The notes beneath the pieces are model-generated. The model worked only from the letters and a program-made list of their open reading frames with translations. It searched no databases and was not told where the DNA came from. This document shows positions 24,180 through 54,774 of a DNA stretch of 64,000 nucleotides, piece after piece (the first letter of the stretch is position 1; each line of letters opens with the position of its first letter). The DNA is from the human T2T-CHM13v2.0 reference genome, Homo sapiens. Where the stretch lies: assembly GCF_009914755.1 (NCBI RefSeq), contig NC_060939.1; one strand, given 5' to 3'. The translations under genes and the position numbers were made by a program.

Positions 24180-25330
24180 TGGCCCTCCCAGAAGTAAAGA
24201 AATATGATCTGATCCAGTTTAAATATTTAAGTCAGCAGAAAGGGGTTCCAGTGAAAATAGCCTATGCCATTTTGTACCAGGTGGGAAAGAGGAAACATGA
24301 TATCTTCATGAGACCCTTACCGGCCTGAATACTCTTTTATAAGAACATGTCATGCCTTTAAGAGATCTCTCTGCAATGCAATGTTATTACAGATAGAAAT
24401 TATGATTTGGAGGAGGGATACTTTTCTGTATTATATAGTTCATAAAGTTTTATTGATCTAAAAACTTGTTCTAGGACAGAAAGTAGTAGACATCTAATTG
24501 GGGCAGTTAAAAATAGGGAACTAATGAATATGATAAGGCAGACTTACTAGCTAAATCAGCATCACTTATTCATAAAAGTAGGCGCTATGATAAAGGGAGG
24601 GACAACTACACATTAATAAGATCACTAACATCAGGAAAGTTGGGAAAGAACAGGCCTTCTGGGATAAAGCAGCAGAAAGGAGTTACTTAAAAGGAAATGT
24701 GTTTCATATGCATCACACAGGAAAATTTTTATGATAGGTACATGGATCCAAGGTAGGAAAGCACCCAAAAGGTGAATCCCAGAGAATCCTGAGAACTTAT
24801 AAATATTGCGGATATGAGAAGATGGACCTGGTTGTGCAGAAAGTACAGATGATGTGGAGCATATGAGCTTCCTGGAGCATCTTTAATGCTGAAAAAATAG
24901 TGGGTCCTTGTAAGCAGTTGCAGCCAGATTGTAGGCTTTTTTCCAAGGGAGGGAATCAATTTCCGTTAGTTATTTTAAACTCTCTTCCTAAGTGGATGAG
25001 TACTTTTCCTTCCCCAAAACATTACATTGCCAATGCCACTAAATGGCTGACTTCAGGAAATTTTTCCTTGATAGGATCTGGCACATTATGTGCCAAATGG
25101 AGAGACTAGAGCCCAGAGGTTAATTGTATTTCAGTGAAAGTGCTTAGAAATATTTTAATTGCACATCTCCTCCATTCCTTATATGACAAGTAGAAAGGAG
25201 CAGAGGCAAGGCATGTACATTCTCAGGGGGAGGCATTTGATCTCTACCAAATAATTTAATGAAGGCAAGGACAAAACCAGTGACTGGAACAAGCTGGTCC
25301 TGTTAGTGATAGTTATCAAGGTATTAGAAT
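24180..25330 (+). mobile_element. Ancient LTR-retroelement pol fossil: RNase H + integrase
   Basis: Colinear motifs KIAYAIL, NVITDRNY (24380), ADLLAKSA (24538), HMHHTG (24705), CGAY (24853), GPCKQLQPD..GGNQFPLVILNSLPKWMSTFP (24903+), HSLY..QVER (25173-25198), DWNKLVLLV (25282). Confidence 0.75.
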
Positions 25331-25659
25331 TTATTTTCTTATTTTAGTTGATTGATTAATGGTTTATAGGGGTAAATAGTTATTGTGAATTATGGGAAAG
25401 ATGAAATTATTTTGTACCCTATTATTGGACCAGCCTTCATTTACAGACATAGAATATGTATATCTTGGAACTTAGAAATTCCTAGGTTTTTATAGATAAA
25501 ACATCATTTATAATTGGTTTCTCAGATGTTGCCTTTTTATTGATTCAGATTTTGTTGAAGATGATTAGAACATTGAATAGCATTCATATGTCCTATGACA
25601 GCTGCCACCATGAATAAAAGTGGCATAATTGGAAAGACCTGAATTGCAATAATTTTGTA

Positions 25660-26435
<776 letters not shown>

Positions 26436-26826
26436 AACTATATGGAAAGACAGGACCTAACAGGAATGGTGTACTGAGCAGATGTGGGAACAAAATTAGA
26501 TAGATACGATATTGATGGCACATGAGGAGTGTTGGTGAGATATTCCTTAGCCTGAGATGTGTCATATTGATGAGTTCACACATTTTCTCCACCCACTAAT
26601 ACATCTCCAGCATCTAGAACAACTTTAAATGATATGAGCGCAAAACAGAAGGGGTTGAGTGACAGAAGGTAACATGATTTGGGAGAGAGATGCAAGATTG
26701 GGTATTTGTGGTCAGAGAATAGTGATCCACTTGAATTAAAGGATTCATTAAAATGTTTGTAGCAGGCTCAATCATCTCAACCTTTGATAATTTTATCACA
26801 TACATATGGGATTATATTTAGCCTGA

Positions 26827-27138
<312 letters not shown>

Positions 27139-27144
27139 TAAATG

Positions 27145-28450
27145 GTAAAGGCTTTCAAACTATATTGACTGTAACCCACAGTAAGAAGTACATTGTACAT
27201 GATGACCTAGTTTACACATTATGTATATAATTGAAATTTCAAATTGCACAAAAAGTCACTTAGCTAATACTCAGTCCCATGCACTTTGATACCTTCTATT
27301 CTGATCTATTCCATTCTTTCAAAAAGCTAGTTGCAACCCATTAGATTGATTTCATGACCTATTTCATGCCCACCAAGCCCAGCTTGGATCAGCTAAACTG
27401 TAGTTGACCTGCAGACTCATGATCATGAGAACAATACTTGTTGCTATTAGCCACTGAGTTTTTCAGGTGGTTTATAGACAGCATTGTTGTAGCATTAGCT
27501 GAGATGCACATCAGAAAGTCAACATTTACTTGTTGCAGTAAGATGGACAATGGACTAGAAATAATAGCCCAGTGACTTATAATTTTGATCAAATTAGTTC
27601 TAACCTTGGACAGGTCATCTTTTCTCTCTGGGCTATAGTTTTCTGCTCTGTAAAGTGAAGAGAGAGACAGGACTGGAGTAGATCTCTCAAATCCTCACTT
27701 CTGAAGTTCAGAGTCTCAGGGCTGCTCTGAGCATATGTGATTTTCACAAATTATATGACTTCCTCTTCTAAAATTTCTTAGCTCAAGGAGATCACCCTTG
27801 TCACTACTGTAGAGTGGGGAGCAGATTCTTATATATTTCTGTAGAACAATATGGAAGAACATCAGTCCATAAAAGAACAGTAACTTAGAAAGTTTCAGCA
27901 TAACCCACAAGGTCTTAGTATTCAACAGAAGCATTCTTCATGGCCAGTGCTTTCTGTGCAGGGCAACTGGCTTTCTGTCTAATCAGATAGGAAAAAATTG
28001 ACTGTGTTGGCAGCTCTGATCTGCAGAAGAGCCTCCCCACTCTTTGATTCAGCACTACAGTTGTGGCAGCATCACTGTTTCCACATGCTCTTCTGTTTCC
28101 CAGCTCCTTTGGAGTTGGATTTTCATGTGATTGAGTTCCAGTCAGTTATATTCCAATAGAATGTTGGTGGAAATGATATACAGAACTTCTAGGCAAGGGC
28201 CCTAAAACATTTTACATGCCCTCACTCTTTGCTCATCAGGTTGCTGGATGGAGAGAATCCAGTTATAAAGTTTCCAAAAAGGAGGCAATGGGGCTACTGG
28301 TTGGAAGAAACCTGAGTCTCTGAAAGGAGCAGTTCCTTTCCCTCTTGACCTCCCTGTACTGTAACCTGAATTAAAAACAAGTCTTTGTTGTGTTAAGCCA
28401 CTGAGATTTGGGGGTTTGCTACATCAGTTAGAACTACCCTGACTAATGCA
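27145..28450. mobile_element. Cluster of old repeats: hAT-type MER fragment (~27145-27360), MLT1 LTR pieces (~27370-27510, ~28065-28450), MIR (~27570-27710)
   Basis: MLT1 3' motif (TA)AGCCACTGAG(A/T)TTT..GG..GTTT appears twice; MIR-like ACCTTGGACAGGTCA...CTGTAAAGTG. Confidence 0.55.
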
Positions 28451-28464
28451 TCTGCTTAGACCCA

Positions 28465-28757
28465 TAATTTTCAATATGTTAGCCACTAGCCACATGTGGG
28501 AACTGAGCACTTGAAATGTGGCTAGTCAGAATTGAGATGTGCTCTAACTATAGAACAAACTGGATTTCAAAGACTTAGTGCACAAAAAGTAAAGTATTAA
28601 TTTTATATTAATGATATTACAATTATATTTTGGATATATTAGATAAAATGTAGTACTAAAATTAGTTTCACCCATTTCTCTTTATTTTTGATGTGACCAC
28701 TAGAAAATTTAAAGTTGCATGTGTGACTTGCATTATATTTGTATTGAAAAGTGCTGT
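28465..28757. mobile_element. MER33/MER3-like hAT-Charlie element
   Basis: TAGCCACTAGCCACATGTGG...GAGCACTTGAAATGTGGCTAGT. Confidence 0.8.
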
Positions 28758-29029
28758 CTCAGATCTGACTTTCAATCAGGATCTCAGTTTACAGTCTTCA
28801 AAGATTAAATCTAGAAAAAACATTAGTGATTGGTCTGTCTTTCTTACTACTAAACTAACCTTAAATCTGTATACTATCCTTGAATTTTAATGGCAGGTCA
28901 GAGAGAATTATTTCTGAAAAGGAAGATACTCCCTTCACTTCTGGAGGAGTTTGATATCTATCTGTTTTCTTTCTTGCCTCCCTCCTACATCTAACTTATT
29001 TTTGTTTAATTGGTGATTAATCTAATCTA

Positions 29030-30665
<1,636 letters not shown>

Positions 30666-31514
30666 CATAAGAGGTAGTACCTTAACCAGGTAGTACCAGG
30701 TTCTAATTTCATTAGATATTCCTACCCTATTCTAGAAATTCCTGAGGAACTTGATCAAATTCAGTACAGAATTTTGAAAGAAGAGAGCTGTCTCACTCTC
30801 TGTAGACAAATAACTCTTCTATATGTTTGTTTTGTGTTTGGTCAGGTTATTACATATAATGATGCTACAATTAGGGGTACCATTATCATCAAAAGGAAGA
30901 GCCCCTTATTGTGACAGCTAAATGGTGAGTTAAGAAAGCTAAATGGAGAAGAAGAGAAATTCTTAAATCTTCTCATTAGAATGAGGCCCCTGAAGACTTG
31001 CATCAACAGATATTTCTGGACAGGCCACAGTGCATAGAGCAGAGGCGTTTGCTGGAACAGCTCAAGGCAAAAACTGTAGTAGGCCAGTCTGAGCTGAACT
31101 CTTCCCCAAAATTGTGAGTGGTATTTGAGAATGTTCTTTGTGGGAGAATACTGTGGACTTAGGACTACCAATTTGTCTGTTTGTATAATAGCATTTTTTT
31201 AAAAAAAATTATTTTGTCAGGGGAAGCTTGCTGTTTCTTAAAAGTTTCCCTCCATGGGCGTCAAACTTATAAATGTTGAAAATTGTTGTCAGCCCTTGGG
31301 CTATCCAGCAGTCTCCTTTCCCTACCTCTTCCTCAGATTTCAAAGGTGTAAGCCAGTAAACTAGGATATCTCTAAAGTTTTGTCCCTATAATGACATGGA
31401 TATTATCAGTACTGGCATATTCTTTGTTAAACAATTTTTTGTTTGTTTTAATTAAAAAACCTTCATTGGCTTTTATTTGTGATTCTAGAAGATAATTTTC
31501 CCTCTGATGATTTT

Positions 31515-37445
<5,931 letters not shown>

Positions 37446-37784
37446 TGGCAGCAGTGCTGAATTTTTTTTGTAAATGAAGTGATTCTTAAGTTATTTCTTG
37501 GTTTAATAATTATTATTACTTGTCTGAATTTCTCTTGTGAGGCTGGCTACAAAACTCATTGAAGTTGTATCCTTTGTGCATAGAATATCAGGAATGGCAT
37601 GAGCCATCACTTCCCCTTCTGCAGTCATGGTAGGTGTTGCCATCTATTACATCTCTCTTGCTCTGGATTTAAAACTCAGCTTCAGGATCCTTCCTACCAT
37701 AGTGCTTCAGGCACCCACTACTAGTTTATCTGAGTTGTCACTCAAAATGAAACCTATTTTTTCTGTCTTAAGCAGTACATAAAG

Positions 37785-38072
<288 letters not shown>

Positions 38073-39279
38073 ATAGTACATAGTTGGCTTCTAACGTCAA
38101 CCTTCCTCACATTAAGGGGTTCCCAACTTGTAGTCTACAAGTACAGTTCAAACACACCTTTCTACATGATTTACTATTATCTATAATGACACTCTACTTC
38201 TAATTAAGTCTAAAAGGCCTAAAGAAAAAATAATTTGTCATCACAACAATAAGGAAATATTTATTGAGTGCAACTGGGTCAGAAGCTGTTCTAAACACTG
38301 TCATGTGTTTTTTATTAATCTCCTCAAGCCCCTGTAGCACAGTATTATCTTCCTGTTTTACTGATGAAGAAACAGAGGCTCAGAGAGCTTAAATGATTTA
38401 ATACAGATATCTATCTGTAGAATCAGGATTTGTGCTGGGATCTCATGATCTTCCGTGAATATACTCTTTTTTCTTATTTCATTTTCCCTTTTATTCTTCC
38501 ACACCTCTTGGCTTTAGTGAGAAGCAGCTGGCACTTTCGGAGCTCTGCCAATAAGAGGGTGTCATAACGTCTGTGAGCAGATTGACAAGTCACAGCCTGT
38601 AACAGGGAGGGTTCTTCTTTTTCTACTGGAGAGAAAGACATTTTGCTTTTTCTTTTCTTTGTTACTTCCAGATTTGAAGTGATTCTGACTGCCAAAAGTC
38701 CAGCTAGTCTAAAGAAAACTGGGGGATTATAGTAACTTGTTTTATTTTAGATTAATTTGGTAGTTGGGTCAGGAAATTAAATAATGCTGTGATTATTTTA
38801 TTTTATTGAAGCAGGTAATCATGAAGCCAGAGGAAAACTATTTTCAACAAGTTAATCATTGATGATTCACTGGTATTTTTTGTAGTGTTGTGTTAGAAGA
38901 ATAATCATCACCAAAAATGAATGAGAAGTAGATAAATCCAGCATACATGGAGACAGACACAAACACGCCCAACCACACCACACCCACATATACACATATA
39001 TAATTATTTATTGAAATAAACATGTTTGAAACTATGAACTATTATTAATATGTGTGAAATATCTTTTTCAAGTTAAAATTTTCAGCCACATCAACTTGAA
39101 ATGTCTGAATATAACATTTCTCAGCCAAAGTGCCATGATTGCTCCCAAAAGAGCAGAATGTGGAATAATCAGACCACCAGCTCCTCTTCAGAGTTCTAGG
39201 AGCAAGCCTAGGGTGGCAGGAGCCCTGGAGTTCAGAGCCAGCTGTTTGAGGCTGGGTCTGATGCCAATTTTGAGGTTGA

Positions 39280-45249
<5,970 letters not shown>

Positions 45250-45480
45250 TTTTTTTTTTCTTTTTTTTAAATTATTATCATTATACTTTAAGTTTTAGGG
45301 TACATGTGCACATTGTGCAGGTTAGTTACATATGTATACATGTGCCATGCTGGTGCGCTGCACCCACCAACTTGTCATCTAGCATTAGGTATATCTCCCA
45401 GTGCTATCCCTCCCCCCGCCATCCGACAACAGTCCCCAGAGTGTGATGTTCCCCTTCCTGTGTCCATGTGTTCTCATTGT

Positions 45481-49303
<3,823 letters not shown>

Positions 49304-49366
49304 TATGATGTTAGCTGGTTATTTTGCTCGTTAGTTGATGCAGTTTCTTCCTAGTCTCGATGGTCT

Positions 49367-50383
49367 TTACATTTTGGCATGATTTTGCAGCGGCTGGTAC
49401 TGGTTGTTCCTTTCCATGTTTAGCGCTTCCTTCAGGAGCTCTTTTAGGGCAGGCCTGGTGGTGACAAAATCTCTCAGCATTTGCTTGTCTGTAAAGTATT
49501 TTATTTCTCCTTCGCTTATGAAGTTTAGTTTGGCTGGATATGAAATTCTGGGTTGAAAATTCTTTTCTTTAAGAATGTTGAATATTGGCCCCCACTCTCT
49601 TCTGGCTTGTAGAGTTTCTGCCGAGAGATCAGCTGTTAGTCTGATGGGCTTCCCTTTGAGGGTAACCCGACCTTTCTCTCTGGCTGCCCTTAACATTTTT
49701 TCCTTCATTTCAACTTTGGTGAATCTGACAATTATGTGTCTTGGAGTTGCTCTTCTCGAGGAATATCTTTGTGGCGTTCTCTGTATTTCCTGAATCTGAA
49801 CGTTGGCCTGCCTTGCTAGATTGGGGAAGTTCTCCTGGATAATATCCTGCAGAGTGTTTTCCAACTTGGTTCCATTCTCCCCATCACTTTCAGGTACACC
49901 AATGAGACGTAGATTTGGTCTTTTCACATAGTCCCATATTTCTTGGAGGCTTTGCTCATTTCTTTTTATTCTTTTTTCTCTAAACTTCCCTTCTCGCTTC
50001 ATTTCATTCGTTTCATCTTCCTTTGCTGATATCCTTTCTTCCAGTTGATTGCATTGGCTCCTGAGGCTTCTGCATTCTTCACGTAGTTCTCCAGCCTTGG
50101 TTTTCAGCTCCATCACCTCCTTTAAGCACTTCTCTGTATTGGTTATTCTAGTTATACATTCTTCTAAATTTTTTTCAAAGTTTTCAACTTCTTTCCCTTT
50201 GGTTTGAATGTCCTCCCGTAGCTCAGAGTAATTTGATCGTCTGAAGCCTTCTTCTCTCAGCTCCTTAAAGTCATTCTCCGTCCAGCTTTGTTCCGTTGCT
50301 GGTAAGGAACTGCGTTCCTTTGGAGGAGGAGAGGCGCTCTGCTTTTTAGAGTTTCCAGTTTTTCTGTTCTGTTTTTTCCCCAT
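49367..50383 (-). CDS. L1 ORF1p, uninterrupted 338 aa
   Basis: MGKKQNRKTGNSK...; REKG and ARR motifs retained; YPAKLS reads YPAKLN. Confidence 0.95.
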   Translation of the reverse strand: MGKKQNRKTGNSKKQSASPPPKERSSLPATEQSWTENDFKELREEGFRRSNYSELREDIQTKGKEVENFEKNLEECITRITNTEKCLKEVMELKTKAGELREECRSLRSQCNQLEERISAKEDETNEMKREGKFREKRIKRNEQSLQEIWDYVKRPNLRLIGVPESDGENGTKLENTLQDIIQENFPNLARQANVQIQEIQRTPQRYSSRRATPRHIIVRFTKVEMKEKMLRAAREKGRVTLKGKPIRLTADLSAETLQARREWGPIFNILKEKNFQPRISYPAKLNFISEGEIKYFTDKQMLRDFVTTRPALKELLKEALNMERNNQYQPLQNHAKM

Positions 50384-51286
50384 CTTTGTGGTTTTATCTA
50401 CTTTTGGTCTTTGATGATGGTGATGTACAGATGGGTTTTTGGTGTGGATGTCCTTTCTGTTTGTTAGTTTTCCTTCTAACAGACAGGACCCTCAGCTGCA
50501 GGTCTGTTGGAATACCTTGCCGTGTGAGGTGTCAGTGTGCCCCTGCTGGGGGGTGCCTCCCAGTTAGGCTGCTCGGGGGTCAGGGGTCAGGGACCCACTC
50601 GAGGAGGCAGTCTGCCCGTTCTCAGATCTCCAGCTGCGTGCTGGGAGAACCACTGCTCTCTTCAAAGCTGTCAGACAGGGACATTTAAGTCTGCAGAGGT
50701 TACTGCTGTCTTTTTGTTTGTCTGTGCCCTGCCCCCAGAGGTGGAGCCTACAGAGGCAGGCAGGCCTCCTTGAGCTGTGGTGGGCTCCACCCAGTTCGAG
50801 CTTCCCGGCTGCTTTGTTTACCTAATCAAGCCTGGGCAATGGCGGGCGCCCCTCCCCCAGCCTTGCTGCCGCCTTGCAGTTTGATCTCAGACTGCTGTGC
50901 TAGCAATCAGCGAGACTCCGTGGGCGTAGGACCCTCCGAGCCAGGTGTGGGATATAATCTCGTGGTGCGCCGTTTTTTAAGCCCGTCGGAAAAGCGCAGT
51001 ATTCGGGTGGGGTGACCCGATTTTCCAGGTGCCCTCAGTCACCCCTTTCTTTGACTCGGAAAGGGAACTCCCTGACCCCTTGCGCTTCCCAAGTGAGGCA
51101 ATGCCTCGCCCTGCTTCGGCTCGCACACGGTGTGCGCACCCACTGACCTGCGCCCACTGTCTGGCACTCCCTAGTGAGATGAACTGGGTACCTCAGATGG
51201 AAATGCAGAAATCACCCGTCTTCTGCGTCGCTCACGCTGGGAGCTGTAGACCGGAGCTGTTCCTATTCGGCCATCTTGGCTCCTCC
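50384..51286. promoter_or_regulatory. L1 5'UTR: CpG-rich internal sense promoter (minus strand, YY1 site at ~51268-51278) and antisense promoter (+ strand)
   Basis: Complete 5'UTR with CGGCCATCTTG YY1 motif; promoter function is established for the family, not shown for this copy. Confidence 0.8.
50839..51015 (+). CDS. L1 ORF0, truncated to 58 aa
   Basis: MAGAPPPALLPPCSLISDCCASNQRDSVGVGPSEPGVGYNLVVRRFLSPSEKRSIRVG*; strong Kozak context GCAATGG; early TGA from an apparent 1-nt loss. Confidence 0.7.
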   Translation: MAGAPPPALLPPCSLISDCCASNQRDSVGVGPSEPGVGYNLVVRRFLSPSEKRSIRVG

Positions 51287-51454
51287 TGCTTCTTTCCTTG
51301 ATATGATGTTCAAACCAGGTACTGTGACTACTCACCTGATTTTCGGTTCTTATGAAGGTGCTTTCTTGGGTGGATCGTTGTTCAATTTGGTGTTCTTGCA
51401 GGGGGGATGATTGCTGGAGGGTTCTTTTCAGCCATATTGCTCCGCCTCCTTGCC

Positions 51455-54400
51455 TGAATTTCTGTTTCTTTTTAATGATTTCTATCTCTTTGGTAAATTT
51501 CCCATTTATTTCCTGAATTGTTTTTCTGATTTGTTTGTATTGTTTTTCTGTGTTCTGTTGTATCTTACTGAACTTCTTCAGCATCAATATTTTCACTTTT
51601 TTTCTGTGATCTCATAAATTTCTTTTTGCTTGGAATATGTTATTGGAGAATTACTGTTTTTCCTGGAGGTGTCGTATTTCTTTGCTTTTCATGTTTCTGT
51701 GTCCTTACACTGATATCTGTGCATCTGGTGTAACAGTCACTTCTTCCAGTATTTTGTATTTGCTTTTATAGGAGAGGACTTATTCCTGAAGATGTATCTA
51801 TGGTGTTGATTGGGTAGGGCACTTGTGCTTTGATTCTGGGTGCGTGCAGTATTGTAGTCTCTATTATTTCTTTGGCTATAAACAGCAACAGTGATGTCTG
51901 TGATTTCCTCACTCGTTTTAGGGTGCAGTTGTTAGTGGAGTCTGTGGTGAAATTTTGCTGAGGACAAGAGCACCATGTAGTCCTGTCCTTGGGCCCCAGT
52001 GGTGGCAGCAGCAGGCAGAATGTGCCTGTCCTTAGGCCCCAGGGCAGCGTATGCTGGCACTGGCGTTAGCAGGTCCAGGCTGGCCGATTCTTGGGCCTCC
52101 AGGCAGCTTACTCAGCTGCTGGTTGTGGCAATAGTAGACAAGTTCTTCAGGTCCTTGTGGAGTGAGTGTGGTGTGGGCAATGGCAGTAGTAGTGCTGAGA
52201 CAACCTTCTGACTCCCAAGCAGTCCTTGCTGGAGTTGGTGGTGGCTGTGATGGGCTGGGTAGGCTGGTCACCAGGCCCATAGGTGGCACATGCTGGTGGA
52301 TTCCTGCTATGGTGGTAGTGGCAGGCTGAGTGAGCCTGACCTCAGGACCCTAGGAGGCTCAAGTGCCAAAACTGGTAGACTAGTCTGAGTGGTCCCCAGG
52401 CCCCTGGATGGTATGTTTAGGCATTGGTGGGTGGCAGAGCTGGGATGGGTGGACCTATCCTCAGGCCCCCTCGTGGTGCATGCAGGGACTAACTATAATA
52501 GGCAGAAATAGGGTGATTCCCAGGTCCTAAGTGAATGTTCAGGCGGGGGTGTCAGCAGCCCTGCTACTAGGGAGGGTGGGGTTGCTTTCAAGGACAACAG
52601 CTGTATGCAGGCAGCTAAGGAGCATACACTTTGCTTGTGCTTCACACACCCCACCCCCCCACCCCCACCCGCCCCGCTGTGGTGGCAGCCTGCAGTGGTA
52701 GTGACTGTGGGCAGAGGAGTTTGTCCTCAGGGTTCATGAAAATTCATGATGGCTTTGCTGCTGGGAGCAGTGGGGATGTTGCCAATGGTTTAAGCTTCAG
52801 CCTTGGCAGCAGCAGCCAGCTATGGTGGTGGCTGTTCTTGGTGATGTTAATGGGGATCCAGGGATGTGGAGATGCAGGTGCTGTTGGGCCCCCAGGCAGG
52901 ATGCAAGCTGGTGGGGCTAGGCTCTCAATATAACACCATGATGTGTCTGCTTAGGACTTCGGAATTGTTCGGGACCCAACATAAGCTCCCTCTCTGGAGC
53001 AATACTGTTGCGTGGTCTCCAGGCAGCTTCCTATGTTAGTCTCAGGGCGGCCCACAAGGGTCAATGGGCTCCCCTGTGGCTAGGATTGCAGGAGTCTGCT
53101 GTGAGAATGTGGACTGCTGGGGATCTCTCACCCTTTCCCCACTTTGGGGAGCCTCTCCAGGCTCCCAGCTGATCCTGGTTAAGAAGGCTGCCTTGCTTCC
53201 TTCTTCTTCCTTGCTTTAAATGTTTCCTGTCATTTCTCTGTTGAATTCCAGTGTTCTCTTTTAGATGATCTATTCAAAGTGTGATTATCTATTACTATTT
53301 TGGTTCTTCTTTGTGGAGGAGGTGAGTGCTGGGTGCCTCTAGCCAGTCCTCTTGAAGCCCTTACTCACCTATATTTTCTCGTTAGAGTTTTTATTTTTTT
53401 AACTCTTACATTTAAGTAGTTGATCCATTTTGTGTTAAAGTCTGCATATAGCACGAATTAGGGGCCCTGATGCATTCTTTTGCATGTGGATAGCTAGTTG
53501 TCCCAGCACGATTTGTTGAAAAGACTATTCTTTCCCCACTGAATGGTCTTGGCAAAGATAAATTGACCATAAATATATGGATTCATTATCTAGACCAGGG
53601 GTCCCCAACCCCTGGGCTGTGGACTGATACCGGTCCGGTCCGTGGCCTGTTAGGAACCAGGCCGCACAGCAGGAGGTGGGCAGCTGTGAACGAGCATTAC
53701 AGCCTGAGCCTGTCAGATCAGCTGCAGCATTAAATTCTCATAGGAGTGTGAACCCTATTGTGAACTGCATGTGCGAGGGATCTAGGATGCGCGCTCCTTA
53801 CGAGAATCTAACTAATGCCTGATGATCTGAGGTGAAATAGTTTCATCCTGAAACCATCCCCTCAACTGTCCATGGAAAAATTGTCTTCCACAAATCTGGT
53901 CTGTGGTGCCAAAAGGGTTGGAGACCACTGATCTAGACTCTTGATTCTGTTCCGTTGATCTATATGTCTGTCCACATTATCTTGGTTATTGTATCTTTGT
54001 TGTAACTTTTGAAATTGGGAAGTGTGAATCCTCCAACTTTTTTCTTCTTTTTCAAGATGACTTTGGCCATTCTGTGTCCATTGCAATTTCGTACAGATTT
54101 TAGGATAGGCTCATTCACTTCTGATAAGAAAGGCAGTTGGAATTTTGATAAGGATTCAACTGAATCTGTAGATCACTGTGGGGAATATTGCCATTTTAAC
54201 AGTATTGTCTTCTAATCCATGAGCACAGGATGTCTGCATTTACATAGGTTTTCTTTAATTTCTGTCTATGATGTTTTGTAGTTAACCTTAGCTTCTTTGG
54301 TTAAATTTATTCCTAGGTATTTTATTCTTTTGGGTGGTAATGTAACAATTAAGAAATTGTTTTCTTAATTTCATTTTTGGACTACTCATTGCTAGTAGAT

Positions 54401-54770
54401 AGAAATTCAACTGATTTTTATTTATTCATCTTGTATCCTGGAACTTTGCTGAAATAATTAGCTGTAGTAGTATTTTTGTAGATTCTTTAGAGTTCTCTAT
54501 ATGTGAGATCATGCCTTCTGCAAATAGAGGTAGTTTTATTTCTTTCTTTCCAATCTGGATGCCTTTTTTCTTTTTCTTGCCTAATTGCCCTGACTAGAAC
54601 CTGTAATACAATGTTGAATAGAAGTAGTTAAAAATGAACATAGCAAGTCTATCACCAGTAGGTATATGTTAACTATGGAAAGTTTCCTTCTATTAGTTTG
54701 TTGAGTATGTTTACCATGAAATAGTATTGGGTCTTGTGAAATCCTTCTTATGTATCTATTGATAACCACA
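51455..54770 (-). mobile_element. Old L1M 5'-end/ORF1 region (~51455-53360) followed by an L1M ORF2 fragment (~53370-54770)
   Basis: ORF1 N-terminal-like peptide (QYKQIRKTIQEINGKFTKEIEIIKK); reverse ORF2 blocks. Confidence 0.75.
53596..53930 (+). mobile_element. MER1B (hAT-Charlie)
   Basis: CAGGGGTCCCCAACCCC...GGGTTGGAGACCACTG termini; perfect 8-bp TSD ATCTAGAC. Confidence 0.93.
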
Positions 54771-54774
54771 CTTT

